DNA of 64,000 nucleotides from an uncultured Verrucomicrobiae bacterium (GTDB lineage Bacteria; Chlamydiota; Chlamydiia; Chlamydiales; JAFEGQ01): NCBI GenBank assembly GCA_963739345.1, contig CAVUAA010000001.1, positions 859,749 to 923,748 of the forward strand, read 5' to 3'. Shown piece by piece: positions 18,299 to 26,301 of this stretch (position 1 is its first letter; each line of letters starts with the position of its first letter). The notes under the pieces were generated by a model. It saw only the letters and a program-made list of their open reading frames with translations, ran no database searches and was not told where the DNA came from. The position numbers and the translations under genes were made by a program.

Positions 18299-19084
18299 AT
18301 GTTCTATCTCATCCCGACCCCCATTGGGAATCTGGGCGATATCACTCATCGCGCAATTGAAACCCTCCGCTCTGTTGACTATGTGCTGTGTGAAGACACA
18401 CGGCACTCGATTAAGCTGATGAATCACTTCGAAATCCAAACGAAGTTGATCAGCTACCACATGTTCAATGAGGCTGAGCGGGAAGAGGGCATCATCGCAG
18501 ATCTCAAAGAGGGCAAGTCAATCGCCCTCATCTCCGACGGCGGAACCCCCGGGATTGCAGATCCAGGACAAAGGCTGGTGAGGCGGTGCCACCAAGAAGG
18601 GCTGCCCGTGACCAGCCTACCCGGCGCCTGCGCCATCACCGTCGCCGTCAGTGCAGCTGGCGCAGACGCCCCCTTTCAGTTCATCGGATTTCTCCCCAAG
18701 AAAGAGGGCGAGCTCCGACGCACCCTAGTCAACGCCCTCCATTTTTCCGGAACCACCGTCGCCTATGAGGCACCAAAACGGATCCGTGCCACACTCGAAC
18801 TTCTCGGTGAACAGACCGTTTGCCTGATGCGAGAACTCACAAAGAAGTTCGAGGAGATCCGATGGGGAAAGGCAAGCGAATTGCTCGAAGGATTAGAGGA
18901 ACGTGGCGAGATGGTCCTCCTCATCACTGGCGATCCTAAGCTTGAATGGCGCGAGATGGAGCCGACCGCCCACGTCGCATGGATTGTCGAAACCTTTGGT
19001 GTGAGTGACAATGAGGCGATCAAGCTAGCCGCTGCTCTCCGTGGCGCCCCCAAGCGGGAGATCTATCGGGAGGTCAAAGGTTGA
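18299..19084 (+). CDS. rsmI: 16S rRNA (cytidine1402-2'-O)-methyltransferase
   Basis: The N-terminus MFYLIPTPIGNLGDITHRAIETLRSVDYVLCEDTRHS and the motif ALISDGGTPGIADPG are characteristic of RsmI tetrapyrrole-methylase-fold enzymes. Confidence 0.85.
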   Translation: MFYLIPTPIGNLGDITHRAIETLRSVDYVLCEDTRHSIKLMNHFEIQTKLISYHMFNEAEREEGIIADLKEGKSIALISDGGTPGIADPGQRLVRRCHQEGLPVTSLPGACAITVAVSAAGADAPFQFIGFLPKKEGELRRTLVNALHFSGTTVAYEAPKRIRATLELLGEQTVCLMRELTKKFEEIRWGKASELLEGLEERGEMVLLITGDPKLEWREMEPTAHVAWIVETFGVSDNEAIKLAAALRGAPKREIYREVKG

Positions 19085-19815
19085 AGAAAGTAGGCGGCGC
19101 CACACTGGTCACACGGCAGGCACTCGAACAAATCAAGAAATGCAAGCGAGCAAAACTTGAAAAGCTCTGTGACCGACTCCTCACAGCTCACCCCGAAATG
19201 GCATCCATCCTGGTGACCACCACCAGATGTCTATCCGCCCCCGATCACATCGCAGAAGCCACCACCATCCTCAACGAGATGGCCCGCGCCGACCAAGCGA
19301 TCACCAAACAGGCCGTCGCCCTCTGCAAGCCGGGCGACAAAATCCTCACCCACAGCGCCAGCGGCAACGTCCTCTCTGCCCTCCTCGCCGCCCACGAAGC
19401 CCATGGCATCGAAGTGATCGTCACCGAATCCCGTCCCCTACTCGAGGGGCGCGACCTCGCCCGCGCCCTCTCCAAGGCCGGCCTCCCTATCACCTTCATC
19501 GTCGACGCCCTCGCCCCCTCTCTCCTTCCCGAATGCAAAATGGTGTGGGTGGGTGCTGACGCCGTCGCCGACGACTTCTTCGTCAACAAGATCGGAACCC
19601 TCGGCATTGCCCTCGCAGCCCAGCGGCTAGAAATTCCCTTCTACGTCCTCCACGACCCCCTCAAAATCCTCCCCGAGGGCGCTCCCTGGTCCACCCAAGA
19701 CCACCCTCCCGAAGAGGTGTGGCGGGGCGCACCCCGAAACATCCGCGTCCGCAACCCCTACTTCGAAAAAATCCCCCTCTTCCTCACTTCCCAGCTGTTG
19801 CAAGGCGCAAGCTGA
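19081..19815 (+). CDS. eIF-2B alpha/beta/delta-like (IF-2B family) protein
   Basis: ILTHSASGNVLSALLAAHEAHGIEVIVTESRPLLEGRDLARALSKAGLPITFIVDA...VGADAV...NKIGT matches the IF-2B / ribose-1,5-bisphosphate isomerase family core. TTG start, with a 4-nt overlap with rsmI. Confidence 0.65.
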   Translation: MKKVGGATLVTRQALEQIKKCKRAKLEKLCDRLLTAHPEMASILVTTTRCLSAPDHIAEATTILNEMARADQAITKQAVALCKPGDKILTHSASGNVLSALLAAHEAHGIEVIVTESRPLLEGRDLARALSKAGLPITFIVDALAPSLLPECKMVWVGADAVADDFFVNKIGTLGIALAAQRLEIPFYVLHDPLKILPEGAPWSTQDHPPEEVWRGAPRNIRVRNPYFEKIPLFLTSQLLQGAS

Positions 19816-19828
19816 GACATGCCTTCCT

Positions 19829-20266
19829 CTAAGTTACTACTGGTGGGATACTTCGGATCCATTGTCTCTCAGCCCACCGACCTAACAGACAAAGGCTAAC
19901 GCCAAGGATCGCAAAGAAGACCGCCTTATGCAGCGGATTCCAGAAGAATTCAAAGAACCGGGTGTATATGTTGATGGCCAAAAAGGTAAGACCAAACCCT
20001 CGGTAAGCTCTTTCATCCCTCTTACAACCGATCCAAATCGCTCCGCCGCTGACAAGACCGAAAATTAAGCTCCAATGGAACAGCTCAATTTGCTTCACCG
20101 CAAACCAGGAGTAGAGGTTTCCATAGTTCCCGAAGATAGAGAGAATCCACAGGGAAAGAAACAAGAACAGGAGGCCAATATTGCGAGACGTAGCGTACAG
20201 CGGCTTCAGAAGATCGTTGTGGCGCATCGCCGATTCACTGCCAATCAGAAGCCCTCCGAACAGCAC
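19829..20266 (-). CDS. hypothetical membrane protein
   Basis: 145 aa with 4 hydrophobic segments. No recognisable family, and it may be a fragment. Confidence 0.4.
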   Translation of the reverse strand: MLFGGLLIGSESAMRHNDLLKPLYATSRNIGLLFLFLSLWILSIFGNYGNLYSWFAVKQIELFHWSLIFGLVSGGAIWIGCKRDERAYRGFGLTFLAINIYTRFFEFFWNPLHKAVFFAILGVSLCLLGRWAERQWIRSIPPVVT

Positions 20267-20396
20267 AAAGCGTAGAGGACGGCACCTTCTGCAACCAGCT
20301 GCTCGAGAGTTCTGGAAAATTGCCGATGCTTTGTTTTGCTGAGAGATGCCACGATCCGCCTCCTTCTATATCCTTAAAATCTATCAATATCGATTG

Positions 20397-20891
20397 TCAT
20401 TCAAATTGCCCGCAGTCCTCTGCCACCGGGATGAGGTACTCAGTGTCTATCCGAGGTTCGTCGGTGCTTGTATCCCAAAGTAGGCCGGCAAGACGTACCG
20501 TGATGTCGGTGAACCGGGGATCATCAATCCGACCACTGGCGACCCACACGTCAAACATTACAGCAGGCTCAATTTTCATGCTCTCTATAGATAGATATGT
20601 CCCGGGCCATACGACCTCCATTAGATCTTTCTGAACTACATTCCTGTGCCTGGACAGTAGGCGCTTATCATGCCGCCGCCAATTTTCACCATACCGCTCA
20701 AATAGATCTACTGTCTCTGGAACTCGAGTAGACAGGCCGGGCGCTTCAATAATATACTCCTGAAAGAGGGGCGAATAGTAGATAAACAAGGGCTTGCGCA
20801 GCTCGAATGTCATTCCCACCAATGAGTCTCCCCCTGCGTACACCAGAACACACGGCAAAAAAAGCGCGAACCATAAAATTTGCTTAACCAT
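20397..20891 (-). CDS. secreted/periplasmic hypothetical protein, candidate immunity partner of the upstream alpha/beta-hydrolase module
   Basis: Signal peptide MVKQILWFALFLPCVLVYAGG. It overlaps the upstream gene by 8 nt and the region is AT-richer. The call rests on position only. Confidence 0.4.
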   Translation of the reverse strand: MVKQILWFALFLPCVLVYAGGDSLVGMTFELRKPLFIYYSPLFQEYIIEAPGLSTRVPETVDLFERYGENWRRHDKRLLSRHRNVVQKDLMEVVWPGTYLSIESMKIEPAVMFDVWVASGRIDDPRFTDITVRLAGLLWDTSTDEPRIDTEYLIPVAEDCGQFE

Positions 20892-21444
20892 TGAGATACC
20901 CGGCGTTCATCGATTTCATTTCCATCTCCATTGCCCGGCTATAGGCTGGTCCACTGATATAGTGCTCCTTAAGGCTAAAACCATTCGAAGATGGGAGCTC
21001 CCGAACATCATAGTCGGACTCCTTCCCCTTGTGCTTTAAACGAGCAAGAACAGACACGGGGTCGCCCTCGGAACAGTAATTTACCACCCTGCCCGCTTTA
21101 TGCCTAGCGATCCAGACCGGCCCACCATAAGTTACGACTATCATTTGAGACCGGACGTTAGGGGGTAGTAAGTTCAGAGCCCAATCCAACACCATCACCC
21201 CTTCGCTGTGGGCATGGGCATAAACAGTACCCCCTTCACCAACTGCCTTCCAGTCTTCGAGCAGATCGTTCGCCGCCTGGTTCACGACCTCCCAGTTAGG
21301 ATAGCTCCCATAATACCCGCAGCACTCGTGAAAATCGCTCCAAAAACCGTCGGATGGATTATAGGTATACTGAAATTCATCGACCAAAAACTTTTTGCTA
21401 ACTTCATCAACAAACACGGCCACCTCTTTCTCAGAGGTCAGCAC
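20884..21444 (-). CDS. alpha/beta-hydrolase (lipase/esterase-like) module, probably the displaced C-terminal toxin domain of RHS2
   Basis: The order Ser-Asp-His fits a catalytic triad: nucleophile-elbow-like AHAHSEG (Ser80), SEGDPVS (Asp128), KEHYISG (His161). The frame stays open upstream of the annotated GTG (…YRHRFFNGVLTSEKE), so the first strand of the fold lies upstream of the GTG start, in sequence that overlaps the RHS2 tail. Confidence 0.5.
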   Translation of the reverse strand: MLTSEKEVAVFVDEVSKKFLVDEFQYTYNPSDGFWSDFHECCGYYGSYPNWEVVNQAANDLLEDWKAVGEGGTVYAHAHSEGVMVLDWALNLLPPNVRSQMIVVTYGGPVWIARHKAGRVVNYCSEGDPVSVLARLKHKGKESDYDVRELPSSNGFSLKEHYISGPAYSRAMEMEMKSMNAGYLNG

Positions 21445-24400
21445 GCCATTGAAAAAGCGGTGGCGATACGTTGGATGAAGTGAGCTGTTGGTATTCGTCG
21501 GGGGTGTAGGGTTGGCCTTTGAGGGCGCAACTTTGGCGTATTACTCGCTCCTTGAGATTGCTCTCGTCTAGGAGCTTGATGCTGGCAAGTTGCGTGCCGC
21601 TGCCAACGGTTGCTGTGCCACCGTGGCGCATGACGGTGGCGGCGGTGACATGCTTAGCACGCCCCTCAAAGGTGAGACTAAGTTCGCCCCAGAGATCGCA
21701 GCGGGAGAGGGGTGCGTTGAGGACGTAGACGTAGAGATTGGAGCTCTCTTCATAGCCTTTGGGATCGGGGGTGAGCCAGCGGCCAAGGGTGGGATCGTAG
21801 TAGCGGCGGCCAAAATTGGTAAGTTTGGTTTCGGGGTCGTACCGCTTAGAGCAGAAGCGGTAGGGGTTGGGGAGGGTTGAGGAGGTGAGGCAGGAGCCAA
21901 AGGCGGTGTAGGCGTAGGTGGCGTGGGGGGTGCCGTTGAGGTCAAGGAGGGTGGAGACCGATCCGCGGTGGTCGTGAATCGGGAGGTAGGAGGTGCCGTC
22001 GAGCTCGATGGAAATAGCTGCCCCTATCTCGGCTCCATGGCCGATTCCAAGTGCACGGAATTCGATGAGGGAGTCGTCTGCGTCGATGGCGCCAATCTCC
22101 ATCCGGTTGTCGTAGAGGTAGCGGTGGTGGGCAAGTGTTTGCCAGGAGTCGCCGTTGCGGATTTGGGTCTGTTTGGTGAGGCGGCGGTCAAAGGGGTCGT
22201 AGGTGAGGGTGATAAGGTGGGTGGCTGTTTCGACGGTGAGGAGGCGGTTGAGGCCATCGTAGGTGTAGGTGGTGTTGGGACGGGTGAGTAGGCATCCTTG
22301 AGGATCATAGGTGAGAGTCTCGCTGGAGGTGGCGCGGAGCTGGTTGAGGGCGTCCACCTCCCAGTCGCTCTCATCATGGACAACTCGGTTGTGGAGCGAG
22401 TCGTGGGTGTAAGTGTGAGATTCAACGCCTGTTTCGGCGGTGAGCTGCAAGAGGGAGTCATAGGTGAAGGTCGATGGGGTGTCGTTGAGGAGGTAACCAG
22501 TGAGATTTCCGGCTTCGTCGTAGGTGATTTGGATCTGCTCGAGGGGCGTAGTTGAGATGCTGGTGATGCGACCGAGCTTGTCATAGGTGGTTGTTATGGT
22601 GCCGGCGGTGCCGGGTAGCTGCTCATCACAGATGTTCCCCTCGAGGTCGTAGGTGGTGTAGAGGTGTGAGTAGATTGGGGTGTTTTGAGCGTCGTGCCGT
22701 GTGACGGAGCGGAGATTGACGGCGTCGTAGGTGTAGACGACGCTCGACTGGTCGGGGAGGATAAGCCTGGTGCGCCTCCCTTGAAAATCGTAGGTGTAGG
22801 AGAGATGTAAGCCGTTGGCTAGGGTCTCTGAGAGGAGGCGATTGCAGGGATCGTAGGTGCGGGTAGTTGTGCCGACGTTTGAGGTAACAGAGAGAATGTT
22901 GTCGTTGCCGTCGTAGGTGTAGCGGTCGTTGAGATTGGGGCCGGTACGCTTTGTGATGCGGCCGAGGGCGTCGTAGGTGTAGATAAGGAGTGTGCCGTCG
23001 GGGCGGCGGAGTTCGGAGAGCTCCCCGTCAGCATTGTAGCGGAATCTGGTGACCCGCACCGTGTCGGAGCCCACTCCTTCGGTTTGCATACGGAGGTGAC
23101 CGACGGGGTCGTACTCCCAGCGATTCTCAACAGTCCGTTCGGGACGATCGAGTGCGAGGACTCGATGCACTTCGCTAACGCGGTTACCACTCAGATCAAA
23201 ATAGGAATCGGTCTGCAGGACAAGGGTCCCCATGGGATCGAGTTTTTCCACTCGGAGGACATTGCCGCGGGGGTCGTGGTAAGAGAGGGTCTGGTTTCCG
23301 GCAGGATCAATGGTGGTCTTGAGAAGGACGGGGTGCTCTTCGAGGGTAGCATTGTGATCGTACCGTATGGTGGTGACCTGTCCGAGAGCATTGGTAGAAG
23401 AAATCGGGTTGCCAAGCAGGTCGTATTGAGTAGTGCGCACGTTGGCCTGTGTGGCCGAGTTCCAAGAGACTTCTCGACGCAAGTTGCCGTCCATATCGTA
23501 GGCGTACTCTGATCGACTGTGGGTGGTGTCCGATGAGTCGGTGATCTCTTCTCGCACCACCCTTCCTTGAGAGTCATATTCCCAGAGAGTGGCGGTGTAA
23601 TCGTCTGCGCCATTCCCATACCACTCACGCTCGCTCCCCTTCCGACCAAACACATCGTAGGTGAGACTACGCCTGCGGTCGGCTTGAACCTCTTCGATCA
23701 GCCGGCCAGCTCCATCATAGATGTAGCGGGTTTCCACTCCATTGCCGTCGATCTCGGCAACCTTCAGTTCTCCTTTGTAGTGGGTTTCCCGGTGTGATAG
23801 GTGCTCGCCGCCTGACGAATACACATCGATAGAAGTGGGACGATCGCGGTAGTCACGCTTGTAGGTGGTGCGCGCGCCATTACGAGCTGTCTGCTCGACC
23901 AAACGGCCGGCCCGATCGTAGAGAGAGGTTTCAGATGTCCCATCTGGATAGTGGACAGCGGTCACCTCCCCACGGGCGTTGTAGGTGCGGCGGGTGATGT
24001 AACCCCGTGCGTCGGTCTCTTCGACCAATCGATCCAACGAGTCGTAAGAGCGATGAATGACCGGTTCGATCCAACCGTCGGGAGTGCGCATGAATGGCTG
24101 AACCTCTTCTGCAACATTGCCGCAGGGGTCGTACTCGAACCAGGTAGAATTGCCACACAGATCGATTTTCTCGATGACCTGACCGAGCAGATCGTAGCGG
24201 TAGTTAAGGCCAAGGCTAGTCCCGAAATGGTCCAGCTGTGTGGTATGGATTCGCCGATTGGAGAAATCGTAGGTGTGATGGGTGTGGTGAGTAGATAAAG
24301 GGCACCACTGCTGGATGAGGTTGCCGTGCAGGTCATAGATGAAACACTCTTCAGCCAAGCCCGGCCCCACCTCTCTGATCAAGCGCCCACCCCGATCATA

Positions 24401-26230
24401 TTCGCGCGCAATCGTGTAGGCGAGCGATCCATCAGCTCCCTCGACATCTTCGAAGATGACTTGATTTGCCTCGCCATAAGTGTAGCGAGTCCGCGAGAGC
24501 CGCCGCTCTTTCCCCTCTTCGAGGTAACGCTCTTCGCGCACCTGCGGCAAGCCTTCAGGCGTATTCTCCGTACGAATGATACGGCGATAAGTAACCCCGG
24601 CGAGTGATTCTAACTCGGGATCGCTCCCATCGTCTTCAATCGCCAACACCTGCTGTGCATTTCGATCATAGGCGTAGAAGAAGCGCTCGCGAAGCTCATC
24701 CCCTTCATAGACCAGCTTGGCAATCAGCAAATTGGTGTTTGGTTGGTAATGGTAATAGGCGCGACTCTGGCCGGTCTCCTCGTACACAGGGAGATTGTAC
24801 CCGTCGCGCGAATAGGCGAGCTTGCGGACAGAAGCCTCAATCTCCTCACCAGACAAATGCTCTTCGACCACGTTGCCGCGCAAGTCGTACCGGTACCGGT
24901 GGGAGAGCAGCACGCTCCCCTCCCCATCGCTAATGTCACGCCCTTCCAAATAGCCAGACTTCCAAAGCAAACGCTCAATCCGATTAGTCGTCGCACCGGC
25001 GTAGCAGATGACATCAATCGTCCGTCCATAACCATCTAGGGTGTAACGGGTCCGATTGAGGCCCGCGTCGTAAACATCGGTGTAATAGCAATCACTGACC
25101 GTAAACCCTCTTTTTTCAAACCCATATGCGTACTGAACAGCCGGGTGCAGAGTGTCATCGATTCCAACGGGGCGCATTTCGCGCCGCACTCGACCAGCTC
25201 GTGGATCGGTTCGATTCGGAGCATAATAGGGAGCAGCGAATAGATCGGAATCATCTACCTGGTAGTATTCAATTCCTTGCCGGCGCCCCTCCCCATCGCT
25301 TGCCGCCTCAACGGCAAAGGGAGGGACAGACGACTTCTGGTATTCATATCCCAGCTGCTCAACGCGGCCGTCCGGATAGTGAATCTGCTCCAGCAGATAG
25401 GCCTTAATATTAGAGCCCCGCACAACTTGGCGTCGAAAATTGTAAACGTATAGGCAAGTCTGTCCGTCGCTGGTGGTGATGGTGACGTGTTTGGTCGTCT
25501 TGCTAGGCCAGCTCGTCACAATGTTTGCCCAGCCGAAGACGACACTCCCCTCGTCATTGGTCGCTACGATAGAAGAGACTTCGCCATTCCCATCATAGTG
25601 ATAGTGAATGCGATTGCCGTTGGGCCGACGAATGCCGACTAGTCGAAACGTCTCTTCACCGTCACGATGCTTCTTTTGGTGGATCCTCTCGCCATAGTGC
25701 GCATAGGTGCGCCTCTCTCCATCTCCCTTGGTTAGAGTCCAGCCGTAGCCGCCATAGTGAAATTCAAGATCGAGAGCGCTCAAACTATTTGCAGCTCCGA
25801 GAGTGCCACCAGCCGTATTGCTGTAGTTGCGAGGAATAACCACCTTGGCCTTCCAGCAAAGAGGCTTCCGACGGAAATTCCAGCAATCTGCCCCTTCAAA
25901 AAGGGTGCTCCCGCCCCCATTCGATTCCCACCAGATTTGCAACTCTCACAGGCCGCCTAGGACCTCGGTGCGTATCTGTTCTGCTTCGAATTTCCACGAA
26001 CCTCGATGGCCATCGACCTCGTCGTTCGACGCATACACACGGCGTATCTCAATTGGCTCCGCACAGTTGACCACGACGTCAATCCGCGAAGCGGTATAGG
26101 CACCCGTAGCGACACTGACAGAGCCGGACGGTTTGGTGAAAAGATCAAAGGTGACATCAGGCTGCTCCCCTCCATGAAGGGAACAACACACGCATAAGAG
26201 CAGAATAATGATGCTACGTGCATACCGCAT
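21431..26230 (-). pseudogene. RHS/YD-repeat polymorphic toxin (RHS2) interrupted by an in-frame TGA at 25946-25948
   Basis: The 94-aa ORF (25946-26230; signal peptide MRYARSIIILLLCVCCSLHG) and the 1503-aa ORF (21431-25942) are in the same frame, separated only by the TGA. YD repeats run throughout. The core ends PYRFCSKRYDPETKLTNFGRRYYDPTLGRWLTPDP...RCDLWGE, followed by an 83-aa tail. Confidence 0.8.
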
Positions 26231-26301
26231 ATTTAGATAAGGTGAAGATAGAGCGCGTGACCTCTAAACGCAAGGCAATGGCATCAACTGATGTGGGTGA
26301 C

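Noticed and set aside
20320-20634. 104-aa plus-strand ORF overlapping the secreted 164-aa gene
   Set aside because: It is antisense to a gene with a good signal peptide and operon context, and it has no features of its own.
25946-25948. The in-frame TGA in RHS2 as evidence for TGA=Trp recoding (genetic code 4) or selenocysteine
   Set aside because: Many well-supported genes in the window terminate at TGA at the expected length (e.g. murF, ftsW, ptsI, uppP). No SECIS-like hairpin was evident immediately downstream. A nonsense mutation or a sequencing error is simpler.
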